NCBI RefSeq assembly: GCF_000143415.4
Contig: NW_003314344.1
Location: forward strand, 442,336 to 506,335
Origin: Selaginella moellendorffii
Lineage: Eukaryota > Plantae > Lycopodiophyta
DNA length: 64,000 nt
Direction of reading: 5' to 3'
Below are positions 27,378 to 39,009 of this stretch, piece by piece (positions within the stretch are counted from its first letter, which is position 1; each line of letters starts with the position of its first letter). Below the pieces are notes generated by a model that ran no database searches, had not been told where the DNA came from, and saw nothing but the letters and a program-made list of their open reading frames with translations. Both the position numbers and the translations under genes were made by a program.

Positions 27378-29179
27378 CTAGTCTTCTTCCCGGACGAAGC
27401 GATCTTTCCTTGATTTGAAGAGAATCCTCTGCGAAAAAAGCATCGATTTCTTACCAAAATTCTTAGCGAATATGGGAGAAAGGTGGGTCGATCTTACTTT
27501 GAGAATTTGAGAGTAGGCCTTGACGCCCGTGAGAAATCGAATGTACGTGCTCTTTGGGTTCTTCTCGGCGACGACGCTCCGGATTCGAGGAACCAAGAAC
27601 GCGGCAGCCTTGAAATACTTGGAAGTTAGAAATAGTTTCACACGTTCTCATGTTGCTTACCACTGCGGGAGGTTCTGCCAGCGCGTTGATAAAGAATTTG
27701 GCCTGCGAGACAAAAGCATAGAAAAATCAAATCTTTGGAAGAAAAGAAGGAAGAACCCAAAAACCTGTTTTGTGTCAGTTCCCGACATTAGGAGATCGGT
27801 TGTCACCATGCCTGGCTGAAATATCGAGGGAAAAAAAACTATAAGGAATAGAAACAAAACGAGAGATTTAATACCGAGAGGTTGTGCACGAAGACGTTCT
27901 TCACGCCTTGCATGGAGAGTTCTGCCTGAAATCCAAAAAATAAATTATTTATTTAAAAAAAAATTAAATTTCTAAGACTGTGGTGCCTGTAAAGTCTTTG
28001 TGAATTGCGTGATGCTGCGTTTGGTTGCTCCGTATGCTGCAAATCTGTAAGACATTGACTCGTGCTTTTAATTCTTGTAAAGAGTATAGAGGAAAAGAAG
28101 CATGAAAATTTTTAAAACCTTGGCGTGGGACGTCCATCAGCACCAGCACCATCCATGTTGAAAATATGTCCCTCCGATCCTTGGTCTCGCATCAGCTTGA
28201 TTGCCTGGAGCAAGCTTTTCCAGCGGAAAAAAATCAAACAGCGAATGACAAAGTTGCGTGGATTGATCGAAACACACCTCTCGGCAGCACAGCATGACAC
28301 CGATCAGATTCGTCTCGACGATCTCCCTTGCATGCTCGGATTAGATTCCAGAAGAAAGTGAAAAGCAAAAGAAGAAGAAGAGAAAGCAAAAGGAGACGCT
28401 CACAGGATCACCTCGTCGCTGGTTTCAACGAGTGGCTTATACGTGTAGCCATTGGAGCCAGCGTTGTTGATCTGACGAAACAAAGTTAGAATCTCTAGAC
28501 TATACAAATTCCAATTTCATGAGGAGTAAAAATGTGATCCTAGAAACCTGAGCTTGACTTTCTCACCCAAATGTCGACTTTTCCAAACGTGTCCCTCGCA
28601 AACTCTACCATCTCCCGGATGCTCTTGGGGTCCCTCACATCGCACGCTTTTCCCTGTGCAAAAACTCCATCCCTCGTAAGCAAGCAAAGAACAAAAAAGA
28701 AAAAAAAAAACTTTCGCAAGTCAATCGAGATAAGCAAGCAACCAAACAAACCAAGAACCTCCAACGTTGAGTTTTGATTCTACCCAAGAGCGCTGGCTGC
28801 CAAATTCGCTGCTCAAGCTTTGTAGAGCCGCATTTACGTGTTCCTCTAGACATGGAGTATAGTAACTTACAATCTTGCTAGAACAGACTTTACCTCGTCT
28901 CGAGCAGATCATCACATTGTCTCCGGATCTAAGAAACTCCTCCGCCAGCGCCATTCCAATCCCTTCGATCACAAACACTCGAGAAATCGTCTCTTTTTGC
29001 GATGGATAAGAACTTTCTATACCTTTGCTAGAGCCAGTGATAAGAACTTTGTAAGGAGGCGTGCAAGCGGCCACAATTCTAATCCCCCGCGCCTTTCTGT
29101 GACGAATCGAAGCTCCATAGCTAGAATCCTCCAAACCCAAGAGCGAGTGACCATCAAACCGAGTGGCAGCGAGCAGCAT
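27378..29179 (-). CDS. NOL: Chlorophyll(ide) b reductase NOL-like short-chain dehydrogenase, multi-exon
   Basis: PYKVLITGSSKGIG, INNAGSNGY, GHIFNMDGAGADGRPTPRF, HNLSPGMVTTDLLMSG and YIRFLTG. Confidence 0.9.
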
Positions 29180-29421
29180 TGAAGAGAAACCTATGCCTAG
29201 TTCTCCTAGTTCTCGCTCGAGGAAGATTTCATACTATCTCAATGTTTTATTTCTTTCCTTTATAACGCTAATATAGATCGTTGTTGTATCACCTATCTAG
29301 ATGTTGTCTCTTTTGTCTATGGTTCTTTTCTTTTTTTTCTTTCGATCGAGCTGCGATGATCTTGAGCTCACCTACATTAGCCGGAAGTAGCAACTGCAAA
29401 AACTCAAATGCGCTTCTTCGC

Positions 29422-32304
29422 TTACAAAATTACGTCGCAGCCGCAGCATTGAGAGACACTGCGTCCGCTGCTGCTCCAAACCACGCAGCCACCGCCATCG
29501 CTCCCGGATCCGGCACCGCCGTGAGGAGATCGGGGGAGATATAGCTCGATCTCCCAGCCTGCCAGCCAAGTAGCTAAGTTAGTATCTCCTTTCATAGGAG
29601 AAACTTCACCTGGGCTTGCATGTCTTTCGTAGACTCAGCTCCAGCTTGAGCTGCCTCGGCTGCAGCCACGAATGCTTTCACGGGATCTTCTCCAGCATCC
29701 ACTTTCTGCGCAAACGAGTTTGTTTCTCAAGCTGCCAGTAAAACGCATAACTTTGCAAACCTCTCTTAGAACTGCTGCTGCAGGCAGCAACGCATCAAGC
29801 ATGGTTCTGTGTCCTGCCGAAGCTCCGCCGTATGTACTCACAGCGGTAACGGCAGCATCAAGAGCATCGCTCCCTGAAACAACGAAAGCGTGTTTGCATT
29901 TGAGTAAACACATACATCAGCGAGAAGAAACTCACAGCATTTGGCAGTCAATGGCTGGTCTGCGTTGTCCTTCAACTTTACATACGCTGCCTTGGAGAAT
30001 ATGTCATACCTGCAACAATAGGCATTAGACGTGATAGATTCCATGTAATTTTAGAACTCACAGAACACCGCTAGTGCCACCCATCACTCTCCTTATAGTC
30101 CCGCCTAGCTCATTGATTGTAGCAGCGGTATCATTGAGGGGGTAGCTGCAAGCACAAAGGGATCAGCAACAAGACAAGGACATCGTGCGTTCTGACGTAC
30201 CACTTCCGCAGATCTTCGAGTACGGCATTGGCTCCTTTCCACATCTACAAGCACGAACAAAGTTTATACGATAGATAGCTATGAATCCCAATGCTTACCG
30301 TTGTGCCACAGTCTCCATCCCCTACTTTGCTGTCCCAGTCATTCAAAGAGTCCTTTATTTTTATGATTGCCTCAGCACCAGCCTCGATAGCAGCTTCCAA
30401 CAATTTCCCAGGCCCAGTAAGCTCTGGTGGTCGTGAAGCTGTCTAAACCAAAGTATGAAAAAATTAGGAGCGACAGTGCATGATATAAGAGTTTTTTCCT
30501 TACTGTTTCATTGTTTGCAGGAGCAGGAGGGAGTGGGACGGGTATTGTTGTTGGAGGTCGTGGTCCTAAAAGAAAATGAAAAGCAAAGTGAGATTTCAGC
30601 AGGGTGCGATATGGTCTCACCAGAAACACCAACAGGCCATGAGGGGGCCTTTGTTGGAGCATCCAATCTTGGTAGAATCGTATCATCCACCTTTAAGATG
30701 GATATTGACATTCCTGAAGCAGGAAATTAGATTCTGAACTTGGAACCGCTATTCAAGAAAAGAAGAATACCCGCCATGTCAAGCGCTGTCATGAAGCAGC
30801 CAGTATAGACACGAGCAACAGCGACACCATAGTCCAATTGGAGCTGTGCGACTGCCTTGCCTGCCGCAATCATCAGTTCCATCAAAGGAGTCGCTCCAAG
30901 ACTGCTCCAGCAAACATATCTCAGTCTCAACAGCATTCAAAAACTTAATCACAATAAGTACCCATTCACCATCAACGCGACCCTGCTTCCACGCTTAACC
31001 GGGATGCATTCCTGGACAACGTAGAAAGTCAGGTCTTAGTTTCTGCGAGACGTGATCACCAGTTGTTCTTACAGCGCTAAGAATCCGCTTCAGAACGTGT
31101 GAGACCACGACATCCACAGGCTGTATATCAGCCATCGCGGCTCCAGGCTCTCCGTGCTATATATAAAGCAGAAAACATTCAGTCTTCCCTGGGTGCTAAA
31201 CATAGAGTACTTACGATGCCGAGTCCGAGCTCCATTTTACCGGGACCAAGACGATCTGACGGACCCTGACCCGGAAGTGTGCACACTGACAGCGCAACAC
31301 CCATGGTTCCCACAAGCTGGGCCACTCGCTTGGCTTCGGCTTTTACTTCATCCAAATTCAGGCCAGCATCCGCAGCAGCACCTGCGACCTGAGAGAATCA
31401 AGCAGTTTTACGTTATTGCAATGGAAGTTTAGATATCACCTTGTGAACAAAAATGGTTCCAGCAAGCCCCCGGCGTCCCGCAACTCCACGAGGAGTTTGT
31501 ATGGCACAGTCGTCTCCAACAATTACCATCTGAGAGAACTTTAAGTCAGCACAAAGTTTCCAGCATATCTATTTCGCTACCTCCACTTTGAATCCCTCTG
31601 CCTTAGCTTGCTCGGCTGCCAGTCCAAAATTCAGCCGGTCGCCGGTATAATTCTGGAGTGAAATACAATGTAAGAGTTTATCCAGTCCAAGATTACCTAC
31701 ACTTTACTACCTTCACTATAAGAAGACAACCTTTCGGTCCAGTCACGGATCTTATTCCCTGAGCTCAGCAAACGAAACATGTTATTCCTCAAGAACACGG
31801 ACCAAACTCATCTCGAATTCCACTCACAGCAAGTATGGCATTCACTGATGGAGAGGCAAAGACATCTCCACACACAGCCGCTGTTAGCATACCAGGGCCA
31901 ACGTATCCGGCATGAGCAGGCTCATGCCCGCTTCCACCACCTGGATGGGACGATCAAAAACTATCGAGTCAGTCACCCAGCAATCACGCAGCAAGCTTAA
32001 GAACCTGATAGCAACGCGACTTTGTCATAGGTGCCCCTCGAAACATCAGCTCGGATGACCACTTTCACCTATCACAAGTGAAAAGGAGACGATCATCCAA
32101 GAAGCTCAATGGATATGGAATAAAAGTCACCTCTGGAAAGCCGTCAAGGTACTGGAGACCTGGGTAAGTTTCTACCAATCCCTCGATGCATTCGGTCACC
32201 ACATCTGTGTCACACTCAATTCAACCCATTGGGCTCTTCCTTTTCCTTTTTCTCTCGCTCGACTTACCATTGGCGTCGTTGATCAGCTTCTTCACAGAAG
32301 CCAT
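29422..32304 (-). CDS. Dihydroxyacetone/triose kinase (DAK1+DAK2), many small exons
   Basis: [73 protein letters not shown] and [11 protein letters not shown]. Confidence 0.93.
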
Positions 32305-34170
32305 CTCGGCTCCAGATATCGCGCACAGCCGAGCCGGGAAATTAATGCAGCATTCTCGGAATTTCTTGCTCCGCCAAAGACCTAAGGATTGCGGAGGGAG
32401 AGGAATAAATCACGATACCGCTACGCGGACAATCCGGCAAGCAGCATTAGCCGCAAAAGAGGGCAGGCAATCCAAGCAACACCAGGAGAGAAAAAATTGG
32501 AGCGAGGAATCTGAGATTTCCGGCAGCGGCAGCCAGCACGAGGAGCAGCAGCAAAGATTAGGCTAGCAGATCAATCACGCCGTGGCGGGCGCCAGTGACG
32601 ATCGGCGGCAGCGCCCCAAAAATCCCTCTCTCACGGAAGAACAAAACCCTCGAAAGATATGCGCCATGGACACATTGCTTTGAGCACCAGATGAGAGCAC
32701 ATACGCACACACAACATGGCCGGCGCCATATGGCACAAATTTACCTCTCCTACGGCCCTGCCCTTCACTGTCCAGTGGTCAATCCTGAGCGTTAGATTGA
32801 TAAGCGTGACACGCCAGATTCCGCCACGTCGGACCCGTGTACGTCGACGCCAGGCCACGTGCAGCACTTGATGCCGTCGGATGTCAGATCTGACGGCCGG
32901 CTGTGCTCTACCGCATTAAATACGATGATAGGCTCTGGTAAAACGGAACACGTGTGAGCATCGCAGCGCTCCTTATCCACAAAAATCTGTTTCACCTGGC
33001 GGGTAAAAGAAACGTTTTTTCACCCCGAGGGCGGATATTTTTCCCTTCGCGTCCGTACGTACGGCCATGGCCATTTGGAACATCCCTTGTAGTGGTCCCT
33101 GTTTAACATGCCCTTGTCTCTGGATCATCACAACAGATACCATCAATGTCTTAGTCGGAACGCTCGCAAGAAAATAATGCTTCCATCCAACCTTGATGAG
33201 AAGAAGAAAAAAATTTAGTGACCCCAAAGCTTTCCCTGTCAATCAAAGAGAAAGATTTAAGGATCTTTCACCCCGTACGAAACCCGCGTAAAAAAGCTTT
33301 CTTCCTCCACGACTTTCAGTGGCCACCAAGGCGACGTAATCGCTCCTCGATGAACAACGTCCATGGATGGCGCGATCGATCGATTGGCGCTGTAAGTCTC
33401 TCGCCATGATTCCACCGCTCTCTTTTTAGTCCTCGTCCAAGACAAAATTCTCTCAGTGCTCGTACCGGATCTCTCGACGCTTGTCCGACAATGCAAGCGA
33501 CGAAACTGCTCGCGTCCTCCAGCCTCCATTTTACGCCTTGTTGACGCTCCGTTGGGTGTTCTTCCTCTGGCGGGCTCCAGCTTCTTTTGTTCTCGCTCTC
33601 TTTTTTCCCTTGCTGATCTTTCTCTCATCCCAGCGAGCCGAGCCGAACGCGTCAAAAACTGCTCTATCTTCGCTTTGGTTTCGACAGCGGCAGTCGAACC
33701 TTTCCCTGCTGCTACAGCCAAACGATCACAAACACACCTATCAGTCCAAAATGCATGCATTCTCCCACCAAAGTACAGGAACCTGGACTTCAATGTGATA
33801 TCCACCCACCAGCCAACGCTCCCTTTGCAGCTCCCTCAATCACTCACTCGCTGAGGATGGTTTCCGTTGCGTGAAAAGAACTCGTACGCCCGAGCCTCCC
33901 ACTTGCGACTGCTGTTACGAAATGGGACCGTAAGTACGACGAAACTTATAAAGGTACCTGACCCGGCTCACGCTGAGACGATGCCCACGGCTGTTGAATC
34001 ATATAGAAATCTTCTCCGTACCACAAAACTTGATGGCTCCAGCACGAGAGATACCAAAACACCATTAGTTGGTTCACGCCTGCATGAATAGTAGGAAAGA
34101 AACAACACCAAAGCATCGTCCCAGACACAAAGTTTCACCTTATGTCTTATTCACGATTATCTCTAACATC

Positions 34171-35012
34171 TCACAGTTTGGTGTAGCCAATCTTCCTATT
34201 GAACAAGTGTTTTAGGACGAGAACCTGGGTTACGCTGGCTGCGGCCAGGGCCAGGTACTCGCCAATAGTGTAGAAAAGGAGCCTCTTTTGAGTGCTCCTG
34301 TTCGCTGTAAAAAAAGAAAAGCACGTCTCTCTCAGAAAAGAAGAAGAAACAAAAAAACGAGAAAAATGAGACAAATGCACTGCAGAGCTTACTGTTATGG
34401 TGCCGCTCCACTCGCGATCTGAGGTAGTGCTGATCTGCCATAAGTGATTCCAGGGCCTCCTTCAACTGCGAAATCTTTACGTGTACGGGATTGAGGTGCT
34501 CTGGAGCAAAGAGACACGAAAAACTAAGTATTCGGTGTCAAAGGAACAAAATCTTACCGTCTTTAGCGAGGTTGTGCTCGTTTAGAATGTGACCAACGTG
34601 GATATAGAAATCCACAGTCTCGGGGCTCGGAGCAGTGTTATGGAAGCAAAACTTGTACAGCCCTGGCATGGCAGCCGTGAAGGAAAACTTGTCTCCAGCC
34701 GACCCCCTGATCGAAGAGACAATGACTCCCGCCGGAGAAGTGGCCTGCGAGAGAAATCCAAATGAGAAATCTAAATGTTTCTACAAGAGATGAGCTTACC
34801 ACAAAGTCGATCCCTGGATGATCCGAGGCCCAGAAGATCTCGTGATCCACCACAACGAAGTTCCCCGTGACGATATCGTTCGCATACTCGACGTGCTCCT
34901 GGACGCACTCGGTCCTGTACACCGTCATGGAGAGCGCATCGGCCGATCGAATCGACGCCAGTAGCAGCGCCGCGAGCGCCAGAGCCAGCGCCAGAGCCAG
35001 CGCCATTGCCAT
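34171..35012 (-). CDS. p24/emp24/GOLD family (TMED) cargo receptor, 4 exons
   Basis: Signal peptide, GNFVVVDH..HPGIDFVV, GLYKFCFHN, C-terminal TM followed by LFNRKIGYTKL. Confidence 0.92.
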
Positions 35013-35047
35013 TGCCAGTGCCTACCTCTCCTCCCCCGCCAAGAACC

Positions 35048-36760
35048 CTAAATCACAGTCAATGCCCTCTCCGTACTAGATAGAACCACGTACGGAGAGG
35101 CGCGCTGTGGATCATTCCTGGAGACAATCCCCGCGGCTTTCCCCGATCTAGCAGCATCGCTGTGGAAATTGCAGGCACCGAGCAGCGTCGCCCACGATTC
35201 GGCGCTAGGGATCTTGTGGACGAGCTCCTCCGCGATCGCCAGCCACCCAGCTCGCCCCAGAAGATCGATCACGCAGGGGTAGTGATCGGCGCCTGCGACG
35301 AGGCCGTAATCTCGCGACATGGCGGCGAAGAGATCCATCCCATCGGCGATCATCCCCGCGTGGCTGCAGGAGGAGAGAATGCTCACGAATGTGATCTCCA
35401 CCGGGCGAACTCCCTCGAGGTTCATGAGCTGGAAGAGCCCCAGCGCCTCGATCGATCGCCCGTTGTGCGCGTATGCCGCGATGATCGCCGACCACGACAC
35501 CACATTCTTGGCCGCGATCACCTCGAAAGCACTGCGCGCCGCCGCGAGATCGCCACACCGCCCATACATGCTCACGATCGCGGTCCCCAGCACCACGTCG
35601 ATCTCGAATTCCACGGCCGCCATGGCGGCGTGGATGGATCGCCCCAGCGGCAGCCAGGAGAGATCCGCGCACACATCCAGCACGGTGGAGAGCGTGTTCT
35701 TGTCCGCCCCCACGCCCTCCAGATCAAGAACCCTAAACAGCGCTATAGCTTCCCTTCCCAGCGAGTTCTTGCAATATCCATTGATCATAGCGTTCCAGGC
35801 CGCCACATCCCTGCACGGCATCCGATCGAACAGCGCCCTCGCCTCGTCAATCCGCCCGCCCTGGGACAACGCGACGATCATCGCCGTGGTGGTGATCACA
35901 TTCCACACAGGCATTCTCGCATAAATCTCTCGCGCTTGATCCAATCGCCCGGCCTGCGCCAGCCCCTGCGTGATCAAAGTCCACGAGATCTCATCCGGCC
36001 GCGCCATGCGCGAGAAGATTTCCAGCGCCGGCTCCAGCATTCCAGATCGAACATAGCCCTGGATCAAAGCATTACACGCCGCGGCGTCCTTGCCCGGCAT
36101 CTCATCGAAGACCCTCTTTGCCTCTTCCAGATGCCCCACACGGGCATATGCCGATACCATGGTAGTCCACGTCACCACGTCTCGGTTAGCCATGGCCTTG
36201 AACATTCTAGCAGCAGCTTCTACCTGGTTACATCCCACGTAAGCGGCCAACATGGCGTTCCACGTTGGAAGATCTCGGCGGGGCATGCTATCAAAGATCG
36301 TCCTTGCCTTGACAATTTGCCCCGCCTTGGCATATCCCGCGATCATGGCTGTACACGTTGCCTCGTTTGGACAAGGCATTGTCGCAAACAACGCACTTGC
36401 CTCGTCCACGTCACCATTCCGCGAATATGCTGCGATCAGCACATTCCACGACACGGCATCTTTTTGCGGCATTCCATCAAACAGCTCCCGCGCGTCGGCA
36501 AGATGCCCATTCCGGGCATAAGCCGTGAGCATGAGATTCCAGGAGTAGAGATTCGGCCGTACGAAATCGTTCAGCACGGCGCGAGCCTCGCAGAGGCTCC
36601 CACACCTGCCGTACATTTGTATGAGCATATTCGCGAGGAAAACATCCTCGCAGAGCTGTGGCGAGTGCCTGACCTTGGCGTGTATTTCCCGGCCCAGGGA
36701 AAGATCCCGGGAATATCCGCAAGACTTGATAATGTCCACAAACGAACCATTGGCGGACAT
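35048..36760 (-). CDS. PLS-class PPR protein rich in short (S/SS) repeats, ending in an E domain
   Basis: Tandem ~31-aa repeats (ARELFDGMPQKDAVSWN), SSCSHAG, DLLGRAG and SPYVVLS. The start ATG at 36760 is inferred. Confidence 0.92.
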   Translation of the reverse strand: MSANGSFVDIIKSCGYSRDLSLGREIHAKVRHSPQLCEDVFLANMLIQMYGRCGSLCEARAVLNDFVRPNLYSWNLMLTAYARNGHLADARELFDGMPQKDAVSWNVLIAAYSRNGDVDEASALFATMPCPNEATCTAMIAGYAKAGQIVKARTIFDSMPRRDLPTWNAMLAAYVGCNQVEAAARMFKAMANRDVVTWTTMVSAYARVGHLEEAKRVFDEMPGKDAAACNALIQGYVRSGMLEPALEIFSRMARPDEISWTLITQGLAQAGRLDQAREIYARMPVWNVITTTAMIVALSQGGRIDEARALFDRMPCRDVAAWNAMINGYCKNSLGREAIALFRVLDLEGVGADKNTLSTVLDVCADLSWLPLGRSIHAAMAAVEFEIDVVLGTAIVSMYGRCGDLAAARSAFEVIAAKNVVSWSAIIAAYAHNGRSIEALGLFQLMNLEGVRPVEITFVSILSSCSHAGMIADGMDLFAAMSRDYGLVAGADHYPCVIDLLGRAGWLAIAEELVHKIPSAESWATLLGACNFHSDAARSGKAAGIVSRNDPQRASPYVVLSSTERALTVI

Positions 36761-37702
36761 TATAAAATCAAAGTCCCAGGCATCGCTCGAAGCTCCATAA
36801 TACTTTACACGTACAATACGACTAGCTACGGATACGGCTACGGCTAGTCTAGGATTCAATCCAACAAACGGAATATATTTCAAGAGGTTGACTCGTCGAT
36901 TTTCTTTTCTTTTTTGCGTTTAAAGCTACCTACGGGTACATTGCTTAGCATAGGAAGATCCAACTTAAGTGGAATCAGGCATATTCGAATCTCTTTGATA
37001 AAGCAAGAAATCCCTCTCTAGGTAGAAAGAAAGAAAGAAAGAAAGAGGTGTGCCCGATTTCTTTTCGCTCTCTCCATCCAATTTTTAATCGTTGTCTGAT
37101 GATTGATGAGAGGAGTGGAGTGGGATCGATCAGTTACAGTAGAGCCCCGGGAATAAATGCCTGAAAGGATCTCGAGCACACAACCCAGAGCAGCAGCGAC
37201 AAAGCACGCCATCGCCAACGATCGAAAAAATCTTTTGTTTCTCGCGAAATGTTGGCGTTGATCGGATCAAACCCCTCGTTGCCCGCGAGGTGGGTTCCGG
37301 CGAATTGACGCGAGATCGAGGTGGGTTTTCTAGGATTGCTCGCGTTCTTGCGTTTGATCGTCTTGGGCGGTGATGGAAAAAATCTCGCAGTGTGTTGGCT
37401 ACCTTGGCTGGGCTCTTTGTTTTTGTTCTTGGGCTATTAAATCCCTGTGTGAGGAACATGGCTGTCAGCTCATTCATCGCTCCCCCTTTGCTTCACGTGT
37501 GAATCCCTCTCCCATCCCGTTATTTTCTCGCAATCGCTCGCTTTTCCCCTTAAAAATGCTGCGTTTCAACGTTGTTGTTGGGCTGTCGCCGAGCTAGAGC
37601 TATGGCGAGAGAAGAAAAATCTCGCGTCAATCTCATGACTGGGCCTTGTTCCAGGATATAGGAGCGATCGATTCCATTCGTCGATCGATCGATTTGGCGA
37701 GG

Positions 37703-38614
37703 ATGCCACCCAGGTACTTGAAGCTGGGCGTGGGCAACAACACGGACAGGGACACGAGCTTGTTCCAGTTCCAGCCGGATGATCTTGGCGAGCAGCGGCA
37801 GCGAATTTCCTCCTGGCCGGGATTGCGGAGAGCGCAATCCACGCGGGAGAGGCTGGAGTCTCCATCTCTCCAGAAATCGGTAGCGTATAATCTGGGCGGC
37901 GCTAGAGCTAGAAAGGAAGAAGAGAGCGTACCAAGGAGGGATTTCGATCTAGCGGTAGCGCAGCGGCAGATCGAGGTTCCAGAGCTCCGGCGCGCAAGCT
38001 CCACCAGGGAATCGACAATCCACCAGGGACTGGGCGGCGATCATCAGGGCGTGGTGTCCAGCATCGTCAAGAATCTCAAGCAACACCAGCCAAAGATTCA
38101 TCTCCCGCGCACGCAATCCATGCGCTACAACCGGATCGTGTCCGCCGATAGCAGCAGCGAGGAGGATCTGGCAGCGGCGGCGGCGGCGGCGGCGGCGAGG
38201 GAGAATCATCATCCGCGAGTCCTAGGGATCGCGCCCCCGCGGCATTCTTGCGTGGAGAAGCTGTCCCTGGACAAGGTGGATCGCAGCAGCAAGCGCCTGG
38301 TGAGGATCTCCGACAGCTACCAGACGCGCGACGGGGAGATCCTCTCCATCGAGTGCGCGCAGTGTGGCCGATGGCTGGGCACCGTTTCGCAGCGCCTCAA
38401 TCTCGACGAGGGATCGCTCAAGCTGTGCCAGATTTGCCATCCCGTGCAAGAATCCATGGCGGCTATGGCCAATCCAGGGGATAATCCGACCAAGGCGGCG
38501 GCGGCGGCGGTGGAGGATCATCACAAGAAAGCGAGCGGCGGATTCCTGCGAGGATTGCGCCGGATGCTCGGCCTCAAGACCTCCAAGAACAGCAAGAATG
38601 CGAGCGCCAGATGA
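37703..38614 (+). CDS. Uncharacterised intronless protein with a C4 zinc-ribbon-like motif
   Basis: GC-rich ORF of ~300 codons, CAQC-x19-CQIC, amphipathic C-terminal GFLRGLRRMLGL. Confidence 0.7.
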   Translation: MPPRYLKLGVGNNTDRDTSLFQFQPDDLGEQRQRISSWPGLRRAQSTRERLESPSLQKSVAYNLGGARARKEEESVPRRDFDLAVAQRQIEVPELRRASSTRESTIHQGLGGDHQGVVSSIVKNLKQHQPKIHLPRTQSMRYNRIVSADSSSEEDLAAAAAAAAARENHHPRVLGIAPPRHSCVEKLSLDKVDRSSKRLVRISDSYQTRDGEILSIECAQCGRWLGTVSQRLNLDEGSLKLCQICHPVQESMAAMANPGDNPTKAAAAAVEDHHKKASGGFLRGLRRMLGLKTSKNSKNASAR

Positions 38615-39009
38615 GATCGATCGATCGCTTGACTACCGCTAAAATTTTCTATGCGATTTGTCCCTCCGGAATAAGAAACGACCTGGAAGAAGAAGAATCC
38701 ACCAAGAACCCTAACCCTTATTAAAATATCCCCGGCATATGCTTCGTCCCCAATGCAAACAAAATAGAAGGTTGTTCTCTCTTTTTCCTTTGTCCTGTAC
38801 ACAAAGTTTCATCAACGAAAACAGTGAGTGGCTTACTCTAAACTTCCAGAACAAAGAATCTTTCGCCTTGCACGGAAGAATTTTTTTCTCGAGTAGAAAT
38901 GGGAGCTTCTCAGCTCGTCATTCATCACGGCTGCTCCACTTTGATCCTGCCAAGGGACGCACCAAGTCAAGTAACTTTCCACTGGACGCTGGCTACGAAC
39001 CTTTTGGGA

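Noticed and set aside
33626-33859. Complementary ends catcccagcgag / ctcgctgaggatg suggesting a miRNA or telomerase-RNA stem
   Set aside because: Only ~12 bp of pairing; no recognisable mature miRNA, telomere template or Pol III promoter.
35162-36847. 561-aa + strand ORF
   Set aside because: Antisense shadow of the GC-rich PPR gene, with no protein motifs.
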